64,000 nt of DNA, taken from positions 186,001 to 250,000 of the forward strand of contig NW_002060962.1 of NCBI RefSeq assembly GCF_000150275.1, in the 5' to 3' direction. Shown here in pieces: positions 38,701-54,808 of this stretch (its first letter is position 1; each line of letters begins with the position of its first letter). The stretch is from Trichoplax adhaerens. Lineage: Eukaryota > Animalia > Placozoa. A model generated the notes under the pieces. It had not been told where the DNA came from and made no database searches. It saw nothing but the letters and a program-made list of their open reading frames with translations. The translations under genes were made by a program, and so were the position numbers.

Positions 38701-40017
38701 TTAGTCTCCAAAACTAACATATGTGTATAATGTATGAAGACCTAATAGGAAATATACTACTATTTCACTCGATCAATTTAGTATCTTATAAGAAGCCTAT
38801 GCATAGTTTATGAAAGAAGCGATGGTTGTTAACACTAACTGCTGATAGTATTCATATAAGGCGCATGAATAATGAATATCTTGTAATTAATGTAGATTAA
38901 CCGACGAACTAATGGATAAGAGAAAAAATAGAGATTTTTAGGCTCACCTAATAACCGGTATGAAAACAGCAAATGGCTCCAAAAATTTCTTTAAAGATCG
39001 GTCTGTCTCGTTGGCACAGGAAACGAATTCTTTAAATTGTCTTGCATTGTCTACGGGCAATTCAATACCTTTACTCCTATAATTAAAATCATATTCATCA
39101 GTCATTATTCAAATTTGGTTACTCAATTTACAAATTTGACCGAACTATCTAACTGAAGCTATTAATAAGCAATGCATGTAAAGAAAAAAATAGCATTGTT
39201 CTGAATTATGGCGAAGCAAAATTTAATATTTAACGAAGTATACGTCGTAAAGCTTAAAAGTCTGATACTTTAAATTGTTAAATCCAGTATGGCTATTTGC
39301 TCTCTTGCAACTGTAATCAATTTATAATTTATAAGCAGAATATGCTGTAGTTACCGTAAAAATTTGAAATGTGGTATTTAACCTATTTACGAAAATCATT
39401 TCAAATACTGAATGTTATGTTTAAAATGTACCATGATCACTTATATTTATAGTACTAGTACCTATGATTGTGTCTATACCAACAATCTAAATATACTTAC
39501 CTAGCTAAATCTATTACTGTTTCAGCACGAAGCGCTCCGTCCAAATGATTATGCAGTTCGACCTAGTTGACATACGCGAATATGTATTACATGAGTAGAT
39601 ATGTGCAGCTTCTAAGTTGAAATGGCAAATAATTGTATGTGGGCAATCAATTTTATCAAGACTTTAGAAAATCAGAATTTTATTAAAAATTCAAAAAGAA
39701 TGATAATTATGTACTTTAGATTGCATTTCTCAACGACCGCTCGAAAATTACTATCTGATATTGTACTATGCATAATAGTATGCGGAACTGGGCAATTAGC
39801 CTATTAAATACATCACGAATACCAATCTTTAACTGATATCGCGCAATGTGGTGTTAGTTAACACGCTTGTGACACTAATTACATATGCACAATGTTAAAT
39901 AGAACTTAGATATTACAGTTAATCTTATTTGGATTAAATTAATAAATGATCGTGGAGAATGACTTATACGGTACTTACTTTACACTTTAAACTTTGTGAA
40001 CCTGTAGCAGCCATCAT
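35748..40017 (-). CDS. ADA: Adenosine deaminase paralog A, ~10 exons
   Basis: MMAATGSQSLKCK|VELHNHLDGALRAET, YTEARYAP, RTVHAGE, ERIGHGY, EV|CPTSS, INSDD and FNAARSSFLPEEEK...YGMKV* are present. All metal ligands are intact. Confidence 0.95.
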
Positions 40018-40184
40018 TCTTATTCTACCTCATTTTAAAATATCATGATATATTGGGTTAGTTGAGATCGTTATCTTAACTAAGATGATAAATGCTAGCT
40101 AATGCAATGCAATTAATAATAATTGCTATATTGCAAACTGAGTTTTAGCCATCAGCCGCCCGTACAACACTACTTCAAAAGAGT

Positions 40185-41745
40185 AATTTATTGAAATTAT
40201 TTGCAATCGTCGAATAAAATCTGTTTTTGTAATGGTTGTACTAGGAATTGGAAAAACTGTCAGCAAATGTGAAGTTAACTACCATGAGATTTCATTGCAT
40301 CGTTAGCCCATAAAGTATTGCAAAATGAAGTAATCCATAACGATACCTCACGTATTTGCTAATATAACTATCTCATACGATGATCAGCTATGGAATATAC
40401 GAATTACAGCAGCGCTAACCTTTGCAAAAGTAGTTAACAATCTTGAAATTATTTGCAATTATAAAATAAGACTAGTTTACAGTACAGTTATGCTAGAAGC
40501 CAGCGTTCCATAACAGAAGCTAAAAACTGGCATCACATTTGAAATTAACTACTGCAAGATTTCATGATATTGTATATCCATAGTCAAAATATTGCAAAAT
40601 GAAATAATCCACATAGATACTTGTTACAAAATCTCGATTTGTAACGAGGAAATTTTCCAACAAAGAGACTACACTTTTCTTAGTCGAAACTTTTATTTAG
40701 TGCTTCTACTCTTTATTCTACTACCGTACAGTACTGTAACCTCTAGTCTATACCTTCTTTAAGTATATGACATATTACTATTTATACCTACGCAACATGC
40801 ACACGAACTAAAACAGGTTTAGGTAGCGTTAGCCAATAACAGAACGACAACCCAGCTAAAATGTCGTAAACAAGACTGCAATTACTTAGTTTAAGATCAT
40901 TGATAGCGTAAAATATATGAAAATTAGTAAGAAACATAGCTCAAAGGTTTAATACTGTGTGTTATAGGTAAGATTTGGTAGTCCATGTCTGACTCCATGA
41001 TGCAATGTAATGCAGCAGACCTAACTTTAATTAAGAGCTGGTTGCTGATTTTGAAATTACTTACAATCATAAAATAGAATTCGTTTACAATAATTGCACT
41101 AGGAGTTGAATACTGTCATCCATCTGAAATGAACTACAGACTGTCCTGCAAAGTCTCCTCATAATATCCTGTACAATGTACATTCAAAGGATTGTAAAAC
41201 GGAAAAATCCATATTGATACTTCACCTGTTAGCTAATTCACTCACGGACAGCCTACTCAACTATGCAACTTATTACACATAGTAATCCTTGCTAAGCTGG
41301 CCAATGATTTTGAAAATTCTTTGTAATTGCAAAATAAAACTTGTTTACAACTGTCATCCAATCTGGAATTAACTACTGCAAAGTTAAATCGTATTATATA
41401 ACTATACGAGAAAGGATTGCAAAACAGAATAATCCATATCAATACAGTACTTCATTTCTTTACAGACAATATATTTAACTATGCAATACTATACTGTACA
41501 CTGTATGTACTGTACATTGTATACTTTACTAAGCAACTTATATAATTAATCAGAGTACAGTAGAGCCAACCTTCACTAAAACTAGCTCATAGCTTTCAAA
41601 TTATTTGCAATTGCAAAATAAAACTTGTCTGCAATAGTTGCACTAGGAGCTGAAAATTGTAATCACATCCAAAATGAATTACTGCCAGAATTTATCCTAT
41701 TATACAACAATAACAATATTGCAAATAGAAATAATCTATTTTAAT
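40185..41745. repeat. Degenerate ~150-280-bp repeats, about 5 copies, upstream of ADA-A
   Basis: The blocks GAAATTATTTGCAAT..AATAAAA..TGTTT..CTAGGA..AACTAC..TATTGCAAAA..AATAATCC recur at about 40194, 40445, 41053, 41312 and 41597. Confidence 0.7.
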
Positions 41746-41832
41746 ATTTTTAGTTCATCGTTGACTTACTGTATTTATTCATGATAAAATTTTTACCTTT
41801 AGTTGCAAGAAAGTTGAGTACTAGAGACCCTG

Positions 41833-42048
41833 TACCTAAAGAGAGACTGGTAAAAACTCTCAATTTTTGTCTTCACATTCACAAATATCGTTCCAAAAAG
41901 GTTAACGTATCTAATTGGTGCAGATGGACCCAAAATAGTTGCCAGTCCATCCGTGTCTGCGTCCAATCAGATACGTTCTTGCTTTACCGCCTTTACGATA
42001 TGTTTAGACATGTTTTTAGCCAGGACTTTGCCAGTCTCTCTTTAGGTA
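41833..42048. mobile_element. Putative MITE (212 bp) with 16-bp terminal inverted repeats and flanking TA
   Basis: The arrangement is TA-CCTAAAGAGAGACTGG (41835-41850) ... CCAGTCTCTCTTTAGG (42031-42046)-TA. Confidence 0.6.
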
Positions 42049-42525
42049 AAAGGCATCTTTATTTATTTATTTAATTAATTACCTGAATGCTGCATAGCTC
42101 AAGAAGATTGCAGTTAGACGAAGTTCAGCATCTCCACCATAAAGGTTTTATTACCCCTACAGACGTAAGATCGGTACTATACGGTACAGTGTACAGTACA
42201 CAGTATTGTAGAAACTGTACTGTACTCAGTACTGTACACTGTTCGGTACGGTATGTGGGATGGGACGGACGCGACTGGAACAGCGGCTCTTTCAGCTCCT
42301 GTACTGTACGCTGTACAGTATGCTCCTGCAAGCTTGCACAGTATCCATGGAGAACATGGCTGACCTGGTTAATAAAGGAAATTTCCATTCACCTTAATTA
42401 CATAAGCCTGTTGTAAGTTTTAATTTATCGTCTATATTATCATAGACTAATGGTTGAAGCTAATTGAAGTATATTGTACTACGTGCTGGTTACAGGAGAG
42501 TAGGAAGTATCTTCAACACCACGAA

Positions 42526-44752
42526 ATGGTGCATAGTTTTGTTATCCATAGCCTTTTACCTGGAACTTGCAGAGTATTCTATTCCATCACATTCTGCAGC
42601 GATAGCAAAGCGGTAAGTGATGATCATCGTCATGGTTATTATAATAATTAAAACAAGTAGAATGTAGAGGCAAGATGCTTAGTTGCTTTGGACTACGCTA
42701 GCATTTATATAACATCCATATTCTAAGTTAGTGATGAATTAATCATTGAACGCCGTCGACAATTTGATGCAACTTCCGCTATTTTACGTGTATAATATTA
42801 CTAAACTAGTTGCAATAATATCCTTTACTACATGGAAATATAAGCCTATAGAGTTCAACAACATATGCTACGATGGCCTGTTGATATGCAATACTGTATA
42901 AGAATACAGTAAATTATAACTTCACGAAGCATCTCTACCATCCACATGTTCGCTATTAACCAGAGTTACGCGTACATCGAAATACGTACGCATATCATAG
43001 AATACAGTATAGTAACCAATGACTTCTAGTAACTCTTGTAGTGATCCGTTCAAATTTTCTAAAAATTGATTGTTAATTAATCTTCACTACATGGCATTTA
43101 TTTCGAAGTCCTTTTTGAATGATTGCCACTACTGCACAGTGAGTGTACACGGCTCATAGTACAGTGTACAGTATTCGAGTATAAATTGATTGATTTTATT
43201 CATTTATTAAACATCCTACTGTAATAGGCCAGTTTGCCATGCTAACTGAATTTTCACTCTATTACAATAGAATGGACACGTCGAAGATCGCAGTGGCCGG
43301 AAAGAGAAATTACTAGCCATTGCTCAACGTGTACAATCGGAATACTCATTCAAACGAGTTACACAAAGGAGCGACCTTTATGATGAATTATTGGTGGCAT
43401 CAGCAGAGTATGACTAATTAATTAAAGAATATATGTGTAGTATATTTACTCATACGTAATTATCGATTCGGCTGTTCATTCTATCAGTATTTATATCACG
43501 ACTTATCGGCTACTCTGGTAAAGTATGATGCATTGCGTAATTAGGTATATAACATATCTATATATTATAGTTTAAAATCGATAACAATTTATGTCAAATA
43601 CTAGTCTGTTACGGCCTATAATTAAAAGTATCTCACATACATACTTAGGGAATGCACTTTCGATTGATTAATAGTCATCTGTTGCCTATGATGTGTTGCT
43701 ACTGTTACTATATTCATAAAATTTCAAATATCTTAAATTAATACACAGATATGGTTTAAATTTGGAAGGAGGCGCCTTTCGATCACTTCGTGGGGAACCA
43801 TTCGAAAGCGAAAAGGCTATCCTTTGGCTTGGACGTGACAAGTTAGTATTCCCATTTAATCGAACCATTAATTCTAGCAAAATATTGCTGATTTGATGAA
43901 AATATATAAAATAGATTTAAGATACAATTTAATTGAGCTACGCGTACGAGAATGTTAAATATCTCTTAATATATTAGCTTGCAAATGGAATAATTTTTGT
44001 AGTGCCTTTAACTTCATACCGTACTGGTACTATTGTGTCAACGCTTACGAGGAAAAAGTTCTTTTATGTAGCTACACTTAGTATTCTTATTACCTACCCT
44101 ATCAAAAATTTCAGGTTATATTAATATATCAAATCGTCCAGTATCTCGCCTATTATTTTACTTACAATTTGCTACAGATAAAGAATTAATCAACTATGGA
44201 ATATTTTTTATTATTAATACATGTGGTTGTGAAAAAAGTATTTAATGGTAAAATTGTAATTTCAATTATAACCTCATTAATTTAAAAATAGCAATGGATT
44301 TGCATTGGTATGCGATACTCATGAAAATCGCATGTTGGCTGAAAACACTTTGCGATTGCTTTGCAAATTCCTACAACCCCATATCAAAAACACTTCACAA
44401 GGAACGGAGGTACGTATATGATACTGTAGATTATATTTCTCATTCTTTGCGGTTCTGTATATACTATCTTCTGTATTTTTAACTTAATGTATACAAGTAG
44501 ATGATGATCGTCATACTCAGATTCTTATCTATTTCATAGCCTGTTCTATTGGTGGATCGTATAGCCGCAATAGTTAACCGATTTCTGCCCAACGGGCAGG
44601 TAAGACTGTGTGTGTCCTGGTTATTTCTCTAATGTTCACCGCAGAAATTACGTATTAATTTGAAACAAATATTTCTTCTGTAGCTCTTATTCTTAAATCA
44701 TCGAATAATAAGACACTTTGAAAAAGAATTGGAGATGCTACTATCAGCTTAA
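42526..44752 (+). CDS. AP5S1: AP-5 complex subunit sigma-1 (~187 aa; exons 42526-42612, 43271-43407, 43749-43841, 44292-44409, 44540-44599, 44684-44752)
   Basis: MVHSFVIHSL..CRVFYS, RKEKLLAIAQRV, GAFR...EPF...ILWLG, GFALVCDTHENRMLAENTLRLL and DRIAAIVNRFLPNGQ|LLFLN..FEKE are colinear with AP5S1/C20orf29. Confidence 0.92.
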
Positions 44753-45996
44753 TAAATGTATAAGAGGATTATAATTTGGTATTGACCTCAAATACTGGAT
44801 GTGAAAAAGCTGAAGAAAATTCGTTAAAGACTGTATAGTTTATCATTAGAATAAACCATTTTACAATTTATTACCTTTAGATTGAAATTATGCAAACAAC
44901 AATGTTTGTGCTGATCTGATTTAAAATTCAAGATACTGTACAAACAACTTGAATTATTACTAAAATTTAACGACATGTACTTTAGTTCTATGTACAATAT
45001 ATTATTGATGAGCAGCATTATATATTTTTGAAATGGAGATCAAATTGAAAAAAAATGCCCAACAGTTTGAAAATTTTGCTTTCACATTCAATTGTAGCTA
45101 TTTTGGGAGCTATTTTCGACTGTATTCATTAAAATTATTGATTGCTCGTGTTTCGGTAGCTTCGTACTCGTAAAGAAATTTAAAATTGTAACTAATTGGT
45201 AGCGCAATAATGAAACGTTAAAGTAATTTCGATAAGGCGATTTTAATAAAACAGTATTCCTTGTCTTTATCGAAAACTTTATGTCTAAATCTTCGGCTTT
45301 AAATGATGTATGCGTACAGTATGTACGACGTATTTAGATATCACTGAGCATTCTGTGGTATTCTAAGAGTCGATTTTGTATGTGTAAACTATAATTATTA
45401 AATTTTCAGTAGTTTCTGTTATAGTGCAGTCATACGCATACTACTTTAATCCAAATTTGTAGATACGTCGATTAATAGGTCATAATAAGGCAAATGTAAA
45501 TATCTAAAAATTGAATCCACCATAAATTCACAAAACACCGTTACTAACATTAGAAACATATGACGTATTAAACCATTGTATCCAAGGTAATCGATAAAAC
45601 TTTATTATAAAGTGAATCAGACGTAAATGTTCCTTTCGAAATTGATGCCCTTCAATTCTACTTAAGACATTTGATTACAAAATTATCACTGTACGACACC
45701 ATATCATCACACAAGAATTGAGGCTTTCTAACCAGAAATTGATTATTATGCCCATAATTATAACAAAATGCCATACTTGACTAATTTAGCATCATTTACT
45801 GTGTAATGGTACTGATTGACTAAGAATCATAATATTATTCACCATGTATCCATTAAGAAACATCAGATAAAATCAATAAATCAGCACATTCCGTTTTTAG
45901 ACGCAACATTAAAAATCCAATAAATTACAGGAAAATGATCAAGATAAGGTACAGTACTATATTAGTTCGAGAAACGGTAACTGGTTTCAATGTCCT

Positions 45997-48900
45997 TTAA
46001 CACCTCAATCCATGTATTCTTTCTAAATCTGCGATTAACTGTTTCTTTTCTTCTTCTGGCAAGAAACACGAACGCGCTGCATTGAATGCCTGTAAATTAA
46101 AGTGAAATCAACGCAATTAAGAGATTATATAAATATCAGAAATTCACTAGATATTATGTAAGAAAGATAAATTAATCATACACAAAATAGTACAATCGTT
46201 ATTGCACTACACTACTTATACAGGAATATGGCATTAATTTACCGCTCGGGTTAATATTGGTATATCATAACCCCAATCATTGTAAACCAAATCATATTCA
46301 TCGGCAACTCCAACATTGCAAGACAGCGAACAATCACAATTTAAGGAAAAGTTTAAGCCTTGATCGATAAACCTAAAATTTTAAACGTAGATTATAAGCA
46401 ATATAGGTGCGTACGACAGAGACGTAGAATACAACTGATTATCAATTATATCAAAGATGATTAACCGCTTAGCTGGATGGCCAGTAAAACTATGACATGA
46501 ACCCGTAAGTAAACTAGAAGTTGGACAAAGCTAAAAGTAAAAAGCGAGTATAAAATTGTTAAAACAATCCTTTAATTCAGGAAAAGTAATTTAATTCTAT
46601 TTCTAACTTCAAGATGAATTTTTTCATTTTTGACTCTGTTAAACAATTTTTCATCCTCTACCAAATGATATCCGTGACCTATTCTCTCAGCACTTAGCCA
46701 ATCCAAGCTCTATGCATTGTACATATATATAGAAGATTTGAAAATATAAAGATTCCTGATAGCACTATTGCTCACAAACCATCCTCTACTTAATATTGAC
46801 TTTCTATAACTATATCAACACAGTAATTTTAAAAAATTGTCTACAGAATCTCATACTAAAGTGTATTCCCAATCAGTCAACCAACATCAACAATAAACTA
46901 TAAAATTAAATAAGGATAATCTGATGTTTCGATTTGGTATTCATGTATAATCCTTAACTGATACCTGACGGATGCTTTCAGCTGGACCTGCCTCTCCCGC
47001 ATGAGCGGTCCTATGAATACCGAATTTTTTGACTTCCTACATAATGTATTTATAAGCATAACATTTTTCATGATGCAAATGATTACCAGTATAAAAATGA
47101 CTCGCTCAACCTTCTACACGTCTGGTATCCTGAGAGCTATTGTAAATTTGTAATAATAACACCAACAACGAAAATTTACCTGAAAGGCTTTGACAAATTC
47201 ATCATCGGGTTTAATAGGATAATTTCCTTCATCTCCAGCTAAATCAATACCAACAACTCCTTTTCCATGAAATTTTTTGCATAATTCAGCTGTTTTTGCC
47301 GATAATTCTAGACAGTGAAATATGCAGACCTAATTCAGTTATCGTAGCTTATCGTAATAATAGTTAATCTTTAAAATCTATCTCTATGCATCAATAAACC
47401 ATCTAGATTACAACGTTTGATACCACTCAGTTTTTAACTAGTTTATAATTTAGTTAGTGTAATCTACTTTAGCACTTCATTGTCTAGCAGTGCAATATCG
47501 ATACTGAATATGAGTTAAAACAACAAATATATCGAAGTAGAGTATAGTAAGTTACAAATACTGCATATGTATATCCCAATTATATATACATAGCAAAGGC
47601 AAACTGTTTTAAGGCTTTCAACCATCCAATGTAAAATATTTTTTCAAATGCAAGTACCTGGAAATGGTCGAATGCAGCATAGTAAGCTCCGAACGGTAAT
47701 ACCATAACGTCGAGACCCTTCAGCTAGGCCTTCCAGAATAACCTGCAGTGCTCCTTCATCCGTTAATTGATCGGTATTTTGAATAGTATTTGATGCTTCA
47801 CTACTCAGTAGCTGGGGGGCATAACGTACTTCAGTGTACAAGACACCTTCATTTGCTTGATCTTCACAGAATTCTATTGCACAACGTCGTAAAGCAGCAG
47901 CATCTCCTCTGTATTTGTATATATAAATGCACACATACAAGATAAATGTATCGGTTAAATATAACGACAGAAATAATCAACATTCTTAAAGAGTTTTCTC
48001 AATATTGCATCTTAGGCATGCATTAACACCTTTTGTATGATGCTAAATGAAGCGCTCATTTAATCTGTCCGAGCTAAGTTGCGATATGTGGTAGCTACTA
48101 CCCATTCTTTAGCTTTAAAATTAATGAATTAAATCAATTATATTACCTGACAACTGAAAGGAAAACGGGAAAAGGTTCAAGAAATCTTCTCAAAGATCGA
48201 TCCTTTACATCTACATTCTCGCAAGATACAAGCTCCTTCAGTTGTCTTACATTGTCGAAAGGTAATTCAGCTCCTTTGTTTCTGCATTAATATCATTTTG
48301 TAAAATGTACCATTCAACTTATACCATACTTGTAACGAATGATATAGCATATCAAGGAAAATGTAATGTATCATTAAAAATAAGTATTTATCATACGATT
48401 GAAGTCATCTTTGTACACAATTTACATGCTTGTACTTTATTAGAAATCAATTATAGCGTTACTCCAAGAAATACAAGATTTTACAATTATATAAATAACA
48501 GTATTTATTGACGTAATATTTCATCATTACCTGGCCAATTCGATAATAGTTTCTGCCCGAATGGATCCATCCAAATGGTTATGCAACTCTACCTGTAAGG
48601 TTAGTCAATTTATAGTAAATACGGGTAAACAGTAAATTCGTATACTTTGATACAAATTCTTAATAAAAGTCTTGGTCATTTAAAGTCTGAATCAATGCAC
48701 ACAAGTGTTAAATATAGCTCAAGCATTTCAATGTAATGAAAGCATCATGAATAGCCTTACTAATTACTTATCAATTAAAGTAAGTATTTGTAATATCAAT
48801 GACTGCTATCGCAATCGTGGAGTCTCACTTGTTAGTCGATCAAGGATATTCTAGATACATAGCGATTGATTACTCGATAGTCTATCATTTAGGATTACCA

Positions 48901-49703
48901 ATGTAGTCATTCATTAAAGTGATAGCTATAAGTCGATTATCGATCGGTAGCCATTATAGATCAGTTAGAAAGTCTAGCTTGGAGTAATTATTGCCACAAA
49001 TAACGTACTGTATCAGCTGCCATATCGTACAGGAATAATTGCAGCTATGATACTAGGCCATTGCTATTATTAACACTGCATGTAATAATTGTACGTTACA
49101 TGCATTTATCATAATCAGTCTAGCGTAATTTACAGCAGCTGCTACTCTAAGCAATTTATACTATCACCACAGATTTAGGATTCTAGGTCATCTACGAAGC
49201 CTGTACTTGATCTAGGGTTCCGGCGAAAGCCTTTCAAATGACTACGTACTCCATTAGGCATGATGTAATCGGCGGTCAAAATGAATTACAACACCGTACC
49301 AAAGGCTATGGCCGACAGCATGGCGTACAGGCCCAAACAGTTAAAACTGAAGAGCCCTCCATCCCGCTAATTGAATCAGATTGAAATATTCTATCGGACA
49401 GATCATATTCGGTTGATATCCACCACTACGCGATTGCAGAAATAGTTGGAAGATTTGCTCAATCTGTTTAAAGTATTGCAAAGCAAGTCTTTGCAAGCTT
49501 GTACTATACTGTCATTCGAACTAACAGCTAGCCGTGCACCATCATTGAAGATTATTTACGAGTCAATGTATATCGATCTATACAAGTAAATCAATGCAAA
49601 TCGCCTACAAAGCAGAGACACTCAGACACACTTAAAACCTGTCTTATGCATATTAATGTTTGCTTACCTTCCATTTGAGACTATCTGGACCTCGGGATGC
49701 CAT
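45997..49703 (-). CDS. ADA: Adenosine deaminase paralog B, ~10 exons (NCDC in place of NxDD)
   Basis: MASRGPDSLKWK|VELHNHLDGSIRAET, YTEVRYAP, GIDLAGDE, RTAHAGE, RIGHGY, CPTSS, SLNCDCS and FNAARSCFLPEEEK...HGLRC* are present. Confidence 0.94.
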
Positions 49704-52341
49704 CTTCTGAAAATGTCGAACGTTGAGGAGCTCTTTACTGCAGGACTTGCTCAATGCTCAGCTGCTCACTCTCAATTGTAGTCATTAAGGAAGCTACAGT
49801 ACAGTATGTACTGTACAGTACTGTACTGTACTGTACCGTATCATGGACCACTCGAGTCAGATTATTTCCGATGGCACTCCTTCGTTCAAAAATCAAAGTT
49901 GTATTGCGTAGCTGTAGAATATTTATATATATATATGTATATACCCGTAGAAGGATATCTCCACATATAGAATGTATCTAGTTCGGGCCTGATTGAACTT
50001 ACTCAATTATATCGTTTCAGGCTGCCATCGAAATTAATCAGACTGTCGATGTAAATTAACTACAGTAGTCTGGTGACCGATTGACCGTACCGTACCGCTC
50101 AGTACGGTACGGTACGGTACAGTTCGCTAATGAAACGGACCAGAAATGCAAAATGCAAGATGGCGAAGTTGTTGAAGTTAAAAAGTCGTATCATTATAAT
50201 TCATTAGTATAGACTTGCAAGTCCCTGAGCTAGACATGATATCAAATTCTCTAGCTAAGATTTTTGATAATATCGTGCATTTTGGGTTCGCTCGAGTATT
50301 TACAGTTTGTACACAAGGCTATTTTGCAGCCTTATTTTGCAGATTTCTGTACAGCAAACTACTGATTCATCTCTTACAGCTCGTCAATTTTTTAGCTCTC
50401 TATGCTTGCACTTGTACCATCTTGCATCATGCTTCTAAAGTAGTAAACAACTCCGTGTTACTGTACATGGGGGCGGGTGGGGGGCTGTTCTGGCCACTTC
50501 ATTAATTAATTATACTCGTATTACATACTGCCATATTATTATTTATTTATTTATTTATCGTATATGACATATATACTGTAGACGTACAGTAGTGTATATA
50601 TAACATATAATACGTCATATACACTATTCTATTGATCCAGTAGTAGTACTACACACTGTCATCACTCTCAGACAGACGGACTTTTCTTACTCAATGAAGC
50701 CGGAAATTTCTGTATCGAAAAAGGACTACTGTAGTTAGTATGGATCTTCCATGGCTATTTTTAAATCACTGGTACTAATTTAAGTAGCGTTTAGAATCTT
50801 ACAGAACTATTTTCAATCAGAACTTTATAACAGATAATAATATTCAATGTAGCATTACTTCATTGAGAAAATATCACTCAATCCAAAATCAACCGTCTGT
50901 ATACTAAAGTACTGCCATAACGAAGTGTTGCGTAGTATATCTTGAAGAGATGACTTTGGAAATAAATGTCTGTCTGTGCAACAGTAGTTTTTCTCCTTTC
51001 CACGGCATCTACTGTAGTTCAGTTAAAACAACAAGTACAGAATGGTCGATTTCCCAATGTGATTACACTATTTTCCATGGCCAAATTTGAGTGAAAAATT
51101 AAAATTATGATTCGCTGAAATTTCTTGATAAAATAGATATGTACGGGTAGGAGTATGTCTGCAGAACATGATTACGATGATGAAATCAATGTCAATACAC
51201 AAGTAAATAGTAAGAAAACTTGTTTCAATACTGTGGTATAAAGTCCTTTAGTACACACTTTGATACTTTAATCGAACTGGATTGGATCGTAATTTTAAAA
51301 ATTATTATTATTATGTTTTGGATTTTGGATTGAAGTTGGATTGGAGTCGGATTGGACAAGATGAGTTGTCTTTGGATTTCGGAATGAATAAGAAGGAAGC
51401 GGTAAAACACTGCTGTACAGTAAAATTCTACCTCTAGAGAAAGAGACTAGTGTAATGAATTACACATACCCAATTCTCCATTTGTATCATCATTGCTCAG
51501 CGTCACTAAATCGGGATGTATGGATTACAGTTTAGTATCAAAATTGTTAGAAATGATATTATTATAATAATATTATGACGACATCTATATTTGACACACT
51601 TTGACATGGTCTACTGAGTGTATATATATATATATATATATATATTGTAGCTTGGACTACTAGAAACTGGGACTACCATACTACAGTAAATCTCTTCATT
51701 GAAGAATTAATTGAAGAGTCCCTCTCTCATTCAGAAATTTTCCCACATAAATTGATCCTACTGTTACAGTAGTCCATGACAGTAACATAATACACAAAGG
51801 AGTACACGATTTTGGCACGACAGTGATCGTAGTTGTCGCTATGCCTTCGGGGAATTCCACCTTTCTCTCCAAGCAACCAAAAATGGAAAGAATAGCTTTT
51901 CTTCGATGAAGAATGCCTGTAGAAAGACAGGCAAAGTAATAGAAGACGCTGACAAAAGCAGCACTGTGCAGTAACTAAGCTATTGACGTTTTCTCGCCTG
52001 TGGCTCTATTGAGCGATTGTTATTATCGGCATGACCGACCACTGCGTCGGAAAGCCAAGCATAAGCAGATAGACAGTCGCATAAGTACATCGCATCAGGA
52101 TAAATGGCATTTGGCCGACCGTGGATATATTGTCGTTTTATCAGGGAGTGGTCTTTCCTTTTATACAGAAACCCAAATAAAAGATAGGATATAGGCATCA
52201 AGTCAGAGAAATTTGGGTCCTATTTGCCGCTCTCCGGTTACACGCGACTCCCTGATTGAAATACTCTACCGGTGGTTGTAGTTTTTGAGGGAAAATCCTG
52301 CAGTACCTACACTTGACTGAAATCCAATCAATCCTAGTAAA

Positions 52342-54030
<1,689 letters not shown>

Positions 54031-54400
54031 TCAATCCTAATGCCTCTACATATTTAGACTAACAGAAATAGAATAAGATAATCGTAGATAACTGTGTGTA
54101 ATTGTTCCATTTTCGTTGTGCTGTACTGATGTTATATACAGGCCTGAGGGTAAATTGATTTGTCTTCAGTTCGACAGAGTTATCAATAAAAAAGTACTGC
54201 GATAGTCTTTCGTATTGAATAAATGAGAATCTATCGTTTCTGACTGCTTGTCATTTACCAAATTATATTGGAGTTCGCAAAGTCACTAAAACTTGTATAG
54301 TTATCAATTGATTTGTGATCATTTAATCTACTGTACTCTAGTCAACTTGTAGACGTATTCTATGAAGAGCTTTTCATGCTTTGGCTACTCGAGCGCAACG

Positions 54401-54660
54401 ATCGTAGTAAAATCAATCAATGTGAATGATAGATATAATTAAGTGCGTTAATCAGTATTAGCCACTTGTAAATTATGTATAAAGTATTATTCATTTAATA
54501 GAATTTGCACTATTAATTATTCGTTAACATATCAATAGTGCAAATTATATTAAACGAATAATTGTCTATACGTAATTTACAAGTCGATAGATAATACTGA
54601 TTAACGCATTTAATTAATTATATACTGTATATCATCCACATTGATTGATTTTACTACGAT
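54401..54660. repeat. ~260-bp foldback inverted repeat (long hairpin / foldback MITE-like)
   Basis: ATCGTAGTAAAATCAATCAATGTG pairs with CACATTGATTGATTTTACTACGAT at the ends. Pairing continues inward (TGCGTTAATCAGTATTA/TAATACTGATTAACGCA; AATTTGCACTATT/AATAGTGCAAATT) to a loop at about 54516-54533. Confidence 0.92.
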
Positions 54661-54808
54661 GTTCATTACAGTTCTTACGTCGTGTCATTATGATACAGTA
54701 TAAGTAAGCATTATGTGTAAGAGTACGCTTAAAGTGTCGCACTGTCATAATAGCTTACAATTTCCTTATCGTCGCTCTTAATACTCTGCCTTTTAATGAA
54801 CTACTGGT

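Noticed and set aside
43488-43517. 30-nt cassette exon in AP5S1 creating an in-frame TGA (selenocysteine or poison exon)
   Set aside because: Skipping it gives the length expected from AP5S1 homologues, no SECIS was recognised, and there is no transcript evidence.
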